The translations under genes were made by a program, and so were the position numbers. The notes under the pieces were generated by a model. It saw only the letters and a list, made by a program, of their open reading frames with translations. It had not been told where the DNA came from and ran no database searches. A DNA stretch of 64,000 bases from Sporopachydermia quercuum (Eukaryota): the NCBI GenBank assembly GCA_001599295.1, contig BCGN01000006.1, positions 1,116,001 to 1,180,000 on the forward strand, in the 5' to 3' direction. Shown piece by piece: positions 36,101-48,941 of this stretch (positions are counted from its first letter, which is position 1; the number at the start of each line of letters is the position of its first letter).

Positions 36101-37847
36101 AGTAAGTATTCACTGTGGAGGTTTGGTTAACGGTTCTGAAACTGGAATAATGGAGTGATGGACAATGTAGTTCCAGCTGATGGTGATAAGAGAGAAAAGC
36201 AAACAGTGACAAACTAGAAGGAATTAGACAGAGAACAGAAACCTAAGCGGATAAGCAAAGAAGCATCTGAATATTCAACATTCATACAGTGAAAACTATT
36301 GTTTTTCTTTTTCGTTTTCCTCATTTCCTTTCTATCGAGAACCAATTATACGACATACGATATTCTTGCATACTAACTGGCTACTTTCTTTGTTTAGATT
36401 GAAGATTGACATCAATTATTTCATATCGGAGTTAGGACAAGTTGATGGGTTTGCAAATACTGGTCATACTATATATAGTACTGTTATAGAAGAGCAAGAA
36501 AAGAAGGAGAAGGAAAAGGAAAAGGAAAAGAAGGAGGAACGACAGAAGCAGAAGCAGGAAAAGAAGGAGGAGCAGCAGCAGAAACAACAAATTCAGGAAA
36601 CACAGGCGATGAAGGCAACGAAGGCAACACTAGAAAAAGAACTGCCTAATACTCTGCATGCCAGCAAAGGAAACGAAGAATCAAAAGTAGAAGCAGAATT
36701 GAAATCGGAATCGAAATCAGAATTGAAATCAGAAACGAAACCAGCACCAGAGGCAAAAGAAGCTTCAGCGACTGAAGCTGATCGTACTGATAATCTATCA
36801 GTAACTGAAGGAGACGTGGAGAAACCGAGTGTTTTATCTGATAGTCCGCAACCTTCTGATGAATCTGATTCGAATCTTCAAACAGGAGAAAACCGTGATA
36901 TTGGAGACAAAAATAAAAAGGTCGAAGATGTGACTAGTAATCAAGACGATCAAGAAGTAAAATGTACTCCTGAGAATGCTACGATAGAAACAGAAAAGCC
37001 TATAGATAGTGCTGGTGATCTTTCCAATGGTGATGATGATGGTTCTGATGGTTCTGATTCTCATAGTTCTCCAGATGGTATTCCTCCCCCCGATAACACG
37101 AATCGTATTACTACATCTCTTAATTCTGAAGCGGAGCATACGACACACCCTCAACCTGAATCAGAACATCCACAGGAATCCAAAGAAGAGGAAACAGTTA
37201 CTAATGCTGAAGTTAATGAACCCTATGAATCATGCCAGAGTTCTGTTGCTGACAATTTAGAAGAGAGCAGCTCAACTCCAGCAGCTGAAAGAGTAGAAAA
37301 TGAGACTGATAATGAGAAATTCCCAGCTGAAACAGCTGATTTGAGTGAAAAAGAAGCTCCAAAGGTAGTCAATGGCGATGATGCTGAAAAAGAAAAAGAA
37401 GATACTCAGAAAGAGTATAGTCCTTTACCGAATGAGTCTCTGAATGACCCGATTAATGAGTCTCTGAATGACCCGATTAGTGAAGGCGAACTTGTAGAAA
37501 GAACGGAGCAAATGAATTTGGAAGAAAATAATGAGAAACAGGAAAATGAACTCAATCAAGAAGAATTAGAGCCTACACCAGATGTTATACCAGATGTTAA
37601 ACCAGCTGGTGAACCAGCTGTTGAGAAACCGGTGGAAGAACANACACCAGCTGCTGTTGGAGAGAATGATGATAGTAGCAGTACCAATAATAGTAGTGTT
37701 GATGTTGCTGCTAGTGTTAATCAAAGCGAAGACAGTTTAAATACTGATAATAAAGCTGAGGATAAAGACAACAACGGTAATAGCTCCAATAACAAAGGCA
37801 AGAAGAATGGGAANAATAAGAAGAACAAACGAAGAAATAAGAAATAG
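33180..37847 (+). CDS. VPS54: GARP complex subunit Vps54; exons 33180-35858, 36013-36101, 36398-37847 (possible extra 5' exon 32773-32812 joined at 33121)
   Basis: IPSFYFQQDFRLDDP, LQEKLSWYLDTIE, VLGAGAT..LKYITTRHLA..SQSL. Introns GTAAGT 35859..GCTAAC..CAG 36012 and GTAAGT 36102..TACTAAC..TAG 36397 join the two track ORFs in frame. Confidence 0.88.
37431..37478 (+). repeat. Exact 24 bp tandem duplication in the Vps54 acidic tail (NESLNDPI x2)
   Basis: aatgagtctctgaatgacccgatt occurs twice, back to back. Confidence 0.95.
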
Positions 37848-38711
37848 ATAGCACTATATTGGTAGGTAATTGAGTGGGCTGTAAACTGATAGTTTACTAG
37901 CAGTGAATAATAGCTTTATTATGATGTTTTGAATGCTTTCAGAAAGGTTAATGAGGCAGAATTGGCCAAAAGAAATCCAATAATCCTGAATCCATGCATG
38001 TCGGTGCGTCTCTATGCAATAANAATGCAATCAGAATTAAGGTTTAATTAATTTTAACATTTCCTCCAAACGTTAACTCTGATACTGAGCATAGTAATTA
38101 AATGAGGAAGTCCTATCCAGATTGGGAAATTTGGGAATAAGGTTCTGGTTTGATTGGGAAACGTTCTCTTTCTTTAAAATCCCTTGTGGCTTTCAAATAC
38201 AAATTACCAAAAGCTCGGGCTTTTAGTAGCATTTACATTTCTAATATTTTACTTTTAAATCATCCATGTCGCATCCCGCTAGCCAGCAGTAATTCACCTC
38301 CACTCAAACTCAACATTAACTGTAGCTTTTTTGGCAATTAAGTACGATTATCCTTCCGTAGTTTGCTAATCAATTCATAACCAAATCTGGGTCACGTGTA
38401 CACTTTTCCCTCTATTATACATCTTCTCCGATATTGCCCTTCATTAATGCCGCTTTGCCAATCCATTTTCAGGCCCTTCAAAGCCTTTCTCCTACTGACG
38501 ACTAGCTATCTTATTGTATATCAACTGTTATTACAATATCATTAAACTAAACTCCTTATTTTGACTTATAGATCAACAGAAAACTCCTTTATTATTCCCA
38601 GTTGCACGCCAAACGTTTCCCTCAATTTTAGAATGACACCTTTATCTCCGTCTCTATAACCTGACAGTCAGTGTTTGTTACAGTATATCACCACTATATA
38701 CTATATTCACA

Positions 38712-40895
38712 ATGGCTAATACAGGACCTTTATATAACTCAACGTTGCTAGAGCAAGGCAACTGCTCGCTTTACATGATGCCTTACGGCACCATATTTTT
38801 TAATGGGTCGGATATTCACACTAGCGTGCGTTTGAAAGCCCCGGCGCTTCTCATGTCTGAATGTTCAGACTGGGACAAAGCAAGAGAGCTTGCTAATGAG
38901 ATCCTACTATCAAACTCGTTGATCAACACCCTGGACAGAACCTATGGCAGTGTAACAACGGTGGCGTTTGCTTTGAGCGCAGCGATAGTTACTGCTTGGA
39001 TGCTGTTTTTACTGCTTGTCATAGCCAAGAAGAGAAGACCCCTTTTAATGTGGCTAGCATGTTTATTCGTGGCTGGAGACCTCACTGTGATTCTAGTAAA
39101 GATCACCCAAGTAATAGAATACCAATATAACAGCGGCTATCAAGATGTTGCTGAGATTCAAATAAGCGTGAACGGTAGCGTTTATTACCGTGTCTTAGAA
39201 GTGATCGCTGGATTTCTTGTCTGGCTGGCCCAGCTTCAAGTAGTACTGCGACTAGTTGACTCCCGGGTGAAACAGCGATTGGCGGTTTTATTTTTCGGCT
39301 TTCTCGCTGTCAGCAACACGCTATTTTGGTGTCTGGACATGTTTTACCAGAGTTCTACTATCTGGGAAGTTTTCGCCTGCATCACGCAGATTTCCTTCCA
39401 GGTTTGCTACGTATTGGCCATCGTTGCTTACTCTATAAAAAAATGGAGATATGCTTATAACAAAAGGGCTATTCCTCTAGCTATTCTCTCTATAATTGTT
39501 ATAGTATTGCCATTTATTTTCTTCTTATTCAGTATAACGGAAAAATGGCTGAACGTATGGGCAGACTACTTCCGCTGGGTGTCCGAAGCTGGGGCTTCTG
39601 TAGTCGCCTGGGAATGGATTAACGTATCATTGAAGTTGGAAGCCGACTATCACAGGATAAGCATTTTAGGGAAAAGAATAAAAGCAGACATACTGGATGA
39701 AATGAATGAAAGCGATTTTGAAGATGATGATCGTGGACCAACCAAAGGGGGTGGTGGTGGAGGTAGTGGTAGCGGGAATAACGGTAATACAGGTGGACTG
39801 GGAAAGCATTACGGTTGCAAACTATCCAACAACATCTGCAAATCCAAAAGGAAATCATCATCAAAAGTTAAGCAATTCATCAATAAGGAACATGCTGTTT
39901 CTGATAAAGTGGGCAGCTGGTTTAATAAGCATATGTCTATGGAGAACTCTATAAGGATAATTAGCAAGAAACATCTATCGCCAGAAATTGAGCTTGAAAG
40001 ATTATCGCCGTTAGCTGAGAATGAGACCCCGAGATTCAGTCATTCGCCAGTGGAAGCTTCTATTCATTTGGTGGACGAAGACGCTGAGGATCATAATGGA
40101 GGTATCCACAGATTCCATAATATTGGCAGCCGTAGTGTTAGTTTTGACGCCAAGAATAAGAATATCAATGGTTTGAGTATAAGTACGGCCAACAATCACA
40201 CAGCTAACTCTCCAAATGGTGACCAATACTCTGCTTCTAATTCCCTTTTTCATAGAATCAATGATTCTCTTGTTGGCACACCAAAAACTGCAAAATTCAG
40301 TTCTAGCGTGTCTCTCGTTGGTGCTATAGGAAATACCCACGTGGAATTGAGGACTAGCACTCCTGATGATATTCCTGTGTTTACACATCAAGTAAGCATG
40401 CTGAATATGGGTAATTATGAAGAGAATCGACAGAGAGTGAGTAATCGTGGTCCACAGAATGCTCAACAGAGGGATAACAGCCCAAGGGTTCATAATACTG
40501 CAAGTATCTACACAGCAAGAAAAGGGCCAGCAACAGCAAGAGAGAATAGAAACAACGAAACAGTTCACACCGGTACTCCATTAGCAGCAAGTGCTGAACC
40601 AGTCCCATACTCTGTTGATGGCTATAGTGGACAGAGAAGCAACAACAATATTGATAACAGCCATGACAGCAATAATAACGAAAATGAAGAAAACGGACCA
40701 ATAATAACAGCTGCAGATCTACGGAATTCTGAAGAAGAGCTAGCTTTATATGGTGAAATTCCAGCAAGTGCTCAATCGCATATAGTGCACTTAAACGAGC
40801 ACGAAGCTGAGACGTCCGCTCATTCTGATAATCCACCAATGTTTGAAAGAATACCTGGATATAACGATGGCGATTATTGGGATGAGAAGACGTGA
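38712..40895 (+). CDS. DFG16: PalH/Rim21/Dfg16-family 7-TM ambient pH sensor (Rim101 pathway)
   Basis: About 7 TM segments with WLAQLQVVLRL and WADYFRWVSEAGASVVAWEWI, then a long disordered cytosolic tail. DFG16 versus RIM21 is uncertain. Confidence 0.75.
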   Translation: MANTGPLYNSTLLEQGNCSLYMMPYGTIFFNGSDIHTSVRLKAPALLMSECSDWDKARELANEILLSNSLINTLDRTYGSVTTVAFALSAAIVTAWMLFLLLVIAKKRRPLLMWLACLFVAGDLTVILVKITQVIEYQYNSGYQDVAEIQISVNGSVYYRVLEVIAGFLVWLAQLQVVLRLVDSRVKQRLAVLFFGFLAVSNTLFWCLDMFYQSSTIWEVFACITQISFQVCYVLAIVAYSIKKWRYAYNKRAIPLAILSIIVIVLPFIFFLFSITEKWLNVWADYFRWVSEAGASVVAWEWINVSLKLEADYHRISILGKRIKADILDEMNESDFEDDDRGPTKGGGGGGSGSGNNGNTGGLGKHYGCKLSNNICKSKRKSSSKVKQFINKEHAVSDKVGSWFNKHMSMENSIRIISKKHLSPEIELERLSPLAENETPRFSHSPVEASIHLVDEDAEDHNGGIHRFHNIGSRSVSFDAKNKNINGLSISTANNHTANSPNGDQYSASNSLFHRINDSLVGTPKTAKFSSSVSLVGAIGNTHVELRTSTPDDIPVFTHQVSMLNMGNYEENRQRVSNRGPQNAQQRDNSPRVHNTASIYTARKGPATARENRNNETVHTGTPLAASAEPVPYSVDGYSGQRSNNNIDNSHDSNNNENEENGPIITAADLRNSEEELALYGEIPASAQSHIVHLNEHEAETSAHSDNPPMFERIPGYNDGDYWDEKT

Positions 40896-41912
40896 CTAAT
40901 AGATGTTGATTAAGCACTTTTTATGTACTATAAGATTTAGAATTCACGATTTATATGACGATACTCTGAGCATTGCCATATGATAGGTTCTACCGGAGAG
41001 ATGGAATTGGTTAAGATATGTTGATGGGAATTGGTAATAAATAGCCTGGGGAAGGAAGAGACTACGGGCATCAAGAATGGTTAATAAAATGGTCTTTTTG
41101 GTGTGAAAATGGGTATTTTGGATGGTTTTATACCTAGAATATGGATTATAGTAATGAGTGATATGTAAAGTATGTACATGTGAAGTATGACTAAGGTCTG
41201 CGGGAGTGCATAATAGTGTATAATAGTGCAGATTTGTAGTAAGGCAATGGAAAATATGCATAGCTATAAGAATAGATAGCGTATTATACTTCTATCCACG
41301 ATTAAGTAGTATTTGCCAATTTTAGTTCCAGTGACTGACGTTCTGTACTATATTGATATTGATATTTTGTTGTAGAAAGTCCAGATGGTTGCAGGCAAAC
41401 AAGAGTTACTGCCATTGGTATGTCCGATAAGGTTCGTCTTAAGTAGGCTTTAAATGAAAACCATATGATGTAACTATGGAAGAGCTATGCAAAAGCTACG
41501 CAGAATAATGAGCGCACTATGTAAAAGACACCTTTATATAAAATTCCCTGTATTAAATCTACCAAATAGCAGAATTTTGTATTTGTATTTTTATTTTTAC
41601 TTCTTAACGTCAAAACTTAGCTCATACAACAATACTTTCATCTTACCAGACAAATTTAAGATTTTGAACTTAATTCCAAGAATGTATGTAATATGCACGA
41701 TTATGCATAATATCTTTACCTTCGCATGTCTCATACAACCTTATATCAACATCTGGTTTCTCTCTTCTCTTCTTTTTTTTCTAATCTTTTCTACTATTTA
41801 CACTAATTATCATCATCTGTTGTGCTTCACCGTCAGAATCAAGCACTTAGAATTTTTTATGAGCTAATTATAGTCTATTTTACTGAACTATGAACTTGCC
41901 TGAATATTCACT

Positions 41913-43064
41913 ATGACTGATAGTCCCAATGATGATAATCAACCATTAGACTCACCTCCTCCTAATCATCATCATCATGATTCATATAGCGATAATGACA
42001 ATGAAGACGAACCAGAGGATGATGATTATATGTCAATGGTAATAGGAGTTTCTGATAATACAGTTGAGCATTCTGCAATCAAGTTTCGCCATGAAAAACG
42101 TGAGATTCCTTCTGGTCCTTCTGGCAGGAAGGCCAAGAAACAGAAGCTGTTTGGTGAAATAAGCGATTCCGATGATGAGGATGAAGAAGAAGAGCTGGCA
42201 AATAATAAAAGAAAAAGACTAGCAAAGAGTGTCGGCTTGGGAATTATGGAGAAAATGGGCTATAAAAGGGGCACCAGATTGGGTCAAGATAATTCAAAAG
42301 GTTTACTGAATCCTATTATAGTGAAGAAGAGGAAAGGAAGATTAGGACTAGGAGCATCAGAAGTTGAAGCTGATATTGCAACTAATGATAATGATAATGA
42401 TGGAAATTCCCATGGAAGAGACAAAATTCTCAGTTATGAAGAATACGATGAACCAGAAAATACTACCAAAGATGACAGTGATGACGCTGACAAAGAAGAA
42501 CTGGAATTAAAGCTGTATAGGCAGCGAATAAGCCAGGAGAAACATCAGGAGAAATTAAAACGATTTATAACGAAAATGCAGTATTTATGTTTAAAATTCA
42601 GCGAGGATAGTGCTGGAGATGAAAGTAACTTGGACGGTCCTGCTGATAAAACGGAAAATCCTGTTGATGTTAGAACTGTTAATGTACTATGGAGGAGAGT
42701 TCTCCTGCCGAAGGAAGACAGTGAATCAACTATACAATACCCAGTTTTACAGCAAGCTTTCAGTGGATATTCTGACATTGAAGAAGTGTACAAAAGTAAT
42801 AATGAAGTTTTGGATACTTCCATAGCTGTAAACAGTAATAGAAGTACGCCCGGAGAGCAAGACAGTGAAGCGGAAGATGAATCAGAGGAGGTTGACAGAG
42901 AGCTAGAACAGTTTGAAGCCCTGCCTCTAGAAAATCAATCGGATCAAATAAACACATTTCTACGAGATAATTATTACTATTGTTTTTGGTGTGGCTGTAA
43001 ATATAACGATGAGGATGATTTGAAGAGCGGCTGTCCTGGTGCAAACGAAGAGGATCATGAATAA
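41913..43064 (+). CDS. CMG1: G-patch protein with C-terminal DUF4187 (GPATCH11 / yeast Cmg1-like)
   Basis: EDDDYMSM, G-patch GLGIMEKMGYKRGTRLG..GRLGLG, and C-terminal FLRDNYYYCFWCGCKY..CPG. Confidence 0.8.
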   Translation: MTDSPNDDNQPLDSPPPNHHHHDSYSDNDNEDEPEDDDYMSMVIGVSDNTVEHSAIKFRHEKREIPSGPSGRKAKKQKLFGEISDSDDEDEEEELANNKRKRLAKSVGLGIMEKMGYKRGTRLGQDNSKGLLNPIIVKKRKGRLGLGASEVEADIATNDNDNDGNSHGRDKILSYEEYDEPENTTKDDSDDADKEELELKLYRQRISQEKHQEKLKRFITKMQYLCLKFSEDSAGDESNLDGPADKTENPVDVRTVNVLWRRVLLPKEDSESTIQYPVLQQAFSGYSDIEEVYKSNNEVLDTSIAVNSNRSTPGEQDSEAEDESEEVDRELEQFEALPLENQSDQINTFLRDNYYYCFWCGCKYNDEDDLKSGCPGANEEDHE

Positions 43065-44509
43065 ATTGTGTGGTGTTCAGGTTGAGATAATAGCTATTAG
43101 GACATTGGAACACTGGAAGGTCGTTCAAAGATAATGGTGTATAGTAGGAAACACGTTATTCTATTTTCAATGCGGACAAGCATTTTCTTGGAGACATTTG
43201 GAAAGCTTGGTGTGCTTTTGCTCATATGCGTGTTCTGTTTACGATGGTATTGTTGGTGTGTTGTTAAGCTGTAAAACAAATTGATGAAATTCCTATGGAA
43301 AATCCTTTATTAAACTACTTGATAGCACGTTTCCTCAATGAATATTCCTACCAGTTTTCATAGTAACTGGAACATGAGTCTAGCTAATATAATCAGTCGT
43401 TTTACGACTATATGAACTTCGAACCGAGATATTGCAAGGCAGAACTGTGACTATGTTTCGGGAGCTTGATGATGGTTACGAGGTTGTACGAAGCATTAAA
43501 CCTGTTTTTAGGTGATAATAATCACTGTTACTAGGAATATCACTAGCAGTAGCGGTATATTGTATACTGCCCTGATATATCCAGGCTGTACATACTATTA
43601 CGGGTATTACTACTAAACATGGTCTCTATATTAACAAAATTCTCTGCCTATTATCAGTTTCTTTCCAAGTGTGTGAGTTCCAACGTTTTATCCCATGTAT
43701 ATTTATCTGATATATACTATGCTATTAATGCTATTATACGAATGCCATCAATGGTACTATTACTTCTAACACAAGGCACTCTCAACGCAGTTTACAGTCC
43801 TTTCCGGCCACTGCCCTAAATCACATAAAGAAGCCCCGATTATACATTTTCCAGCAATTTCTTTTTATTTCCACCTATTATAATTCTACCATATTCATCC
43901 AATCCTTCATTATTGTCCGGGATACTGTCCCATTATATCACATGACTATATCAATTTCGTATATTGTCTCTTCTCAAGTATCTGTCCTTATCTCTTTGCG
44001 GACATTTTTTTGGTACAAATCTCCTTATCTTTAAGCTGCTTATCTCAATTGCACATTTCATTCATATACAACATTCTTCTTCCTCATTTTTACTACGATG
44101 AAAGAGGTTCATGATAAACAGTGAGAAATCACAAAATCAGCTGCTGATTGTAAGCTTGTTATAACTTGTTTATGCTGAACTATGTATCGAAACTGAGATT
44201 TGAATATTGGTATTGATATGCAATAATTCAGTATATATTATTCGTCTAAATTATGACATATATCATCTGACTATGAGGTGTGTGATTGACTGTTCTTCAA
44301 TACTATTACTATTTACATGATCTATTTGTATTTCAGGGCAGGAATCAGCTAATTTTCCTTAAAAGGCACTGTTTCTATGGATATTACTATCAACAACATT
44401 TAGCCAAGCTACTTTACCTTATATTATACCTTACTTTCCATCATAGTATTTAACTTTATCCTGATCCTCTCCAGATCCTCTCCTGATTCTACCGTAATCA
44501 GATCCACAA

Positions 44510-46624
44510 ATGGGCGAAGAAATCTCACATTATTCATTGGTGTTTGATATTCTAAACTGTGAAGTGTTTATCGACTACATTTTCCAACGCAATCAACAAC
44601 CAGACAATCTATTACAGAAATATTTAACAACAGCGCTTATAAAGGACTCTCAAAACGTTTGGGTTCAGGAAATAGCATCAAGCTTCAGATTCATTCCAGG
44701 AGAAGGATTCAATTCTCAGCTATCGGAATCTGCTGCAATTGACTCCATTACGAAAAAACTTTTGACAACTGATCTTTGGAAGGAGAAAGTGCTGAAAACT
44801 CAAGACATTTTTACGTCGATTACCAAAGAAGATCTAGCACAGCTGTCAGTATCAAAAGCTGAGCAGGAAGCGGTTGCTGGGTACTTGTCGTTGTTGATAG
44901 ATAACTATAAACAAAGTATAGAGATAGAACACGAAACTGAAGGTGTTGATAATTCTTCTTCTTCTAACACTTCTACTACTCCTTTTATTGATTGGAGATT
45001 CAACTCTGTCTTAGTTTCTGGTGCTGATATGCAGTCCTCTGGCTATAGGACTCTAAAGTCCAAGTTTCTAGGCTTCGGGGTTATAAGACTATATAAAGAC
45101 AGTGAACCTGGAACTCGAGATAAGATCAACAAAACTTCTCAAGCTGAAAACGAATTCGCTGTCAATGATAAAGAACCTGTGCTGTGTATCCTTGCTGTTC
45201 CCAGCTACTTTACGGTCACTGACCTTCTAGGATTTATAGGAGATTCTACTCTGGATAGTATCTCTCATATCCGTATGATCCAAGGGGATGCTCCCAATAG
45301 ATACACAGTTTTAATGAAATTGAAAAACTACGAACTGTCAAAGGAACTGTATATGGAGCTGAATAATAAAGCTTTCAGTTCAGTAGAACCCGAGAAATGC
45401 CGGGTGATCTACATACGTTCAATTATATTCCGTGAAACGGCAAAACTGGCCCGAGAATTCCCTTACCTTCTGGAAGAACCCAACCATCTATTGGCTACAA
45501 CCACAAGAAATAAAGATGGGGCATTATCGGTCGAGATTCCACCTCCACCAACGCCTGAATTGCAAGAACTGCCGACGTGTCCCGTGTGTTTAGAGCGGAT
45601 GGACGCCTCTGTGTCCGGACTGATTACTAGTGCTTGCCAGCACACTTTCCATTGCCGCTGTTTGTCTCAGTGGGAAGACGAAAGTTGTCCGGTTTGCAGG
45701 TTTTCCACCGGGAAGAACAAAAACAGGAATTTCGCCCGGGATGCTAGCAAGAAAAACCAGCAATGTGGGACCTGCCATCAAACAAATAATCTATGGGTTT
45801 GTTTAATATGTGGAAATATAGGCTGTGGAAGATACGATTCCGGACATGCCATTACCCATTTTGCGAAAACCGGACATGATTATGCTATGGAACTAGAAAC
45901 ACAGCGCGTTTGGGACTATTTAAATGATTCCTATGTACATAGAATACTTTCTAGTGGATCTGATGGAGATTTGATTGAACTGCCGGAAGATGTTAAAGGT
46001 TTGAGTATAAATAGTTCATCAGAAGCTATCAGTATCAATTCTAGTGATCATATACATAATGTCTATGATGATACTTCAGCTGGGGAAGAAAAAAAGAAGG
46101 ACGACATTTCTATGGAGTATATGTATATGTTATCATCAGGGCTTGAAGACCAGAGGACATATTTCCAGGAGCAATTGTCAGGATCAGCAGATAAGATCAA
46201 AAATCTGTCGACGATCAATCAGACGTTGAAATCGGACTTTAACAAGGCGTTGGAAACAATCGACGAACTGAAGAAGGAAAAAGAAGATTGTATGAAGAAA
46301 CTACAATCAGTTGAGGATAAAGTAGACGTGTTAAAGAAGGAAAAGGATACGTTAGCTGCTCTATGTAAAAGCTTGAGTAAGAAGTCAAAGGATGAGACAG
46401 TGTTGTCAGAGAAGCTCAGTGAGAATTTGAAAACGCTGAAAGAGGATCGTGATGCCAAAGTCGAGGAGATTGCAGCTTTGAAGGAGGAAGTGAGTGATTT
46501 GATGGCGCATTTCACCCTTCAAAGCAAAATACAGACAATGAGTAGTGAGGATCAACAGGAAGTTGGGGAAGGAAGTATTGGTGTCATTCAAAAGAGTAAT
46601 AACAGGAGAAAGAAGAAGAAATGA
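44510..46624 (+). CDS. ETP1: BRAP2/Etp1 RING-H2 + ZnF-UBP E3 ligase
   Basis: BRAP2 region (ILAVPSYF..DLLGF), ELPTCPVCLERMD..CQHTFHCRCL..CPVCR, LWVCLICGNIGCGRY..QRVWDY, C-terminal coiled coil. Confidence 0.92.
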   Translation: MGEEISHYSLVFDILNCEVFIDYIFQRNQQPDNLLQKYLTTALIKDSQNVWVQEIASSFRFIPGEGFNSQLSESAAIDSITKKLLTTDLWKEKVLKTQDIFTSITKEDLAQLSVSKAEQEAVAGYLSLLIDNYKQSIEIEHETEGVDNSSSSNTSTTPFIDWRFNSVLVSGADMQSSGYRTLKSKFLGFGVIRLYKDSEPGTRDKINKTSQAENEFAVNDKEPVLCILAVPSYFTVTDLLGFIGDSTLDSISHIRMIQGDAPNRYTVLMKLKNYELSKELYMELNNKAFSSVEPEKCRVIYIRSIIFRETAKLAREFPYLLEEPNHLLATTTRNKDGALSVEIPPPPTPELQELPTCPVCLERMDASVSGLITSACQHTFHCRCLSQWEDESCPVCRFSTGKNKNRNFARDASKKNQQCGTCHQTNNLWVCLICGNIGCGRYDSGHAITHFAKTGHDYAMELETQRVWDYLNDSYVHRILSSGSDGDLIELPEDVKGLSINSSSEAISINSSDHIHNVYDDTSAGEEKKKDDISMEYMYMLSSGLEDQRTYFQEQLSGSADKIKNLSTINQTLKSDFNKALETIDELKKEKEDCMKKLQSVEDKVDVLKKEKDTLAALCKSLSKKSKDETVLSEKLSENLKTLKEDRDAKVEEIAALKEEVSDLMAHFTLQSKIQTMSSEDQQEVGEGSIGVIQKSNNRRKKKK

Positions 46625-47978
46625 GTACATGGATAGGATGTCACACATTATGTTGAGATAACTGATATTTGTCTGCCAAATGCTAGTTATCTTAGATCTC
46701 TGATGATCATGTCTTCTACCATAACAATAACTATATAAGAGAATGCATTTTTCATTCCAAAGATCTGAAAGCACACCAAATGTGCCAACTGATAAAACGA
46801 ATATCTGCGACTATCGTTATCGTTATCGTCGCTCGTATTCTCTTGCTTTATTTGCCAATAACAACGGTTATGCTTGGATTCCTTGTAGCTTAACAATAGT
46901 AGAAATTTGAATTGGTGGTGTCTTGTTCAACTTATTTATCAATGTCGGTGAGTTTGATAGTCCAATGCGACAGCCATTCTTTGATTCGTCTGCACAACAT
47001 ATGTCTACTTTGGTATATACGTTTTTCATAGCAAAATGTCAAACAAAATGTTCAATTTATGCTCGATTTTATTTGGTTCTCTGCAAAGCTTCAAATCAAT
47101 TGCTTACCATCCTTAACTTTCATTTATTAACAAGTTACGTAATCTACAGTAAAAGCTTTAGGATATGCAATCACCATCCCCAGCTTTCCATTCATTAATT
47201 TCCTCTAACAAGAGNCAATTCTATTAACTTCATTCCAGCTTTCTACTGCACCACAATAATAAATAATCTTTATATTTTTTAGTTAAAACTTATATTTTCG
47301 TCCCCTCTTCCTGTTTCCTCTTTTTCCTCTATTTCCTTCGCTTCCTCCGTAGATTTACTATATCTTCCCATCCCCCTTCCCTTTCCAGTCTTCTGAACAC
47401 CCTCTTTCATACATTTATCAGTCTCACGTCTTTCTCCTTCTACTTTCCTTCAATTGCTCTTCCTTCTGTTTCCTCCTCCTGTTTAAAGACACATCCATCA
47501 GCGTGGGAAAGTAAAGTTTTGTATGTAAGTATCTAACAAAATTTTTCTGCTCGGCTACCGTCGAATCTGGGGGAATGAATGGTTGATTTACTTGCTGTTA
47601 TATATGGATATAATGAGTAAGACAAGAGCGGACAGGAAATAAAAGAGCTCTATTCATAAAAAATATTTATGTTGGATAAAAGGAATCCAATATCGTGGGA
47701 GAAATAAGTGTTAAACAATCAGCTGGGGACCTAGGCATTTTGAAGGTACAGAACAGATTGAGAGGTATATAGATAGTAGGATAAGAAGAAATATAGAAGA
47801 TAACAGGAGTTGTACTTTATAAGCTGTGTATTATTTACCAATTTGAATCAAGGAAGGAAAACTAAGTGAGAACAGTGGACAATTCTTGCTATTGATCAAA
47901 TAACCAAGCAACAAACACAGTAAGCGGCTAAGCAATCACCTCATATCACCATTAGCAAGCAAGACAACTATTACAACC

Positions 47979-48941
47979 ATGTCAACAAATTCAATCAAGC
48001 TACTAGCGGGAAACTCTCATAGAGAGTTGGCAGAACTAGTCGCAGAAAGGTTAGGGATGAAACTGTGTAAAGTAAACACAAGTGCTGATCCAAACGGGGA
48101 AATCTCTGTTGCTATTGGAGAATCCATTCGTGATGAAGACGTCTACGTTATAACTCAGATTGGTAGTGGGCTCGTCAACGACAAAGTCCTTGAACTGTTG
48201 ATTATGATTAATGCTTGTAAAACAGCATCAGCAAGAAGAATTACTGCAGTGATACCAAATTTCCCTTACGCTAGACAGGATAGAAAGGATAAATCAAGGG
48301 CACCTATTACTGCAAAATTAATGGCTGAGATGCTCCAGACTGCTGGTTGTCATCATATAATAACAATGGATCTACACGCATCTCAAATCCAGGGGTTTTT
48401 CGACATTCCTGTTGATAATCTGTACGCGGAAGCAAGTGTTGTTCAATTCATCCGAGAAAACGTGAAATATGATGAATCAATCATTATTTCTCCTGACGCA
48501 GGTGGAGCCAAGAGAGCGGCTGCTTTGGCTGACCGATTGGACTTGAATTTCGCCTTAATCCATAAGGAAAGAGCCCGTGCCAATGAAATCTCAAGAATGG
48601 TTCTAGTTGGCGATGTCACTGGCAAAGTTTGCATTATTGTTGATGATATGGCTGATACCTGTGGAACTCTGGCAAAAGCTGCTGATGTTCTATTGGATAA
48701 CAAGGCAAAATCAGTCATTGCTATTGTCACTCATGGTGTTTTAAGTGGTAAAGCTGTTCCCAATATTACTAATAGCAAGCTTGACAAGTTGATTTGCACT
48801 AACACTGTACCGTTATCTGATGATGCGAAGGCTTGTCCGAAGATTGATACTATTGACATCAGTGCTGTACTTGCTGAGAGTATCAGACGTTTGCATAACG
48901 GAGAGAGTATTTCTTATTTGTTTAGAAATGCTCCTCTATAA
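47979..48941 (+). CDS. PRS3: Ribose-phosphate pyrophosphokinase
   Basis: [52 protein letters not shown]; 320 aa with no NHR insertion. Confidence 0.93.
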   Translation: MSTNSIKLLAGNSHRELAELVAERLGMKLCKVNTSADPNGEISVAIGESIRDEDVYVITQIGSGLVNDKVLELLIMINACKTASARRITAVIPNFPYARQDRKDKSRAPITAKLMAEMLQTAGCHHIITMDLHASQIQGFFDIPVDNLYAEASVVQFIRENVKYDESIIISPDAGGAKRAAALADRLDLNFALIHKERARANEISRMVLVGDVTGKVCIIVDDMADTCGTLAKAADVLLDNKAKSVIAIVTHGVLSGKAVPNITNSKLDKLICTNTVPLSDDAKACPKIDTIDISAVLAESIRRLHNGESISYLFRNAPL

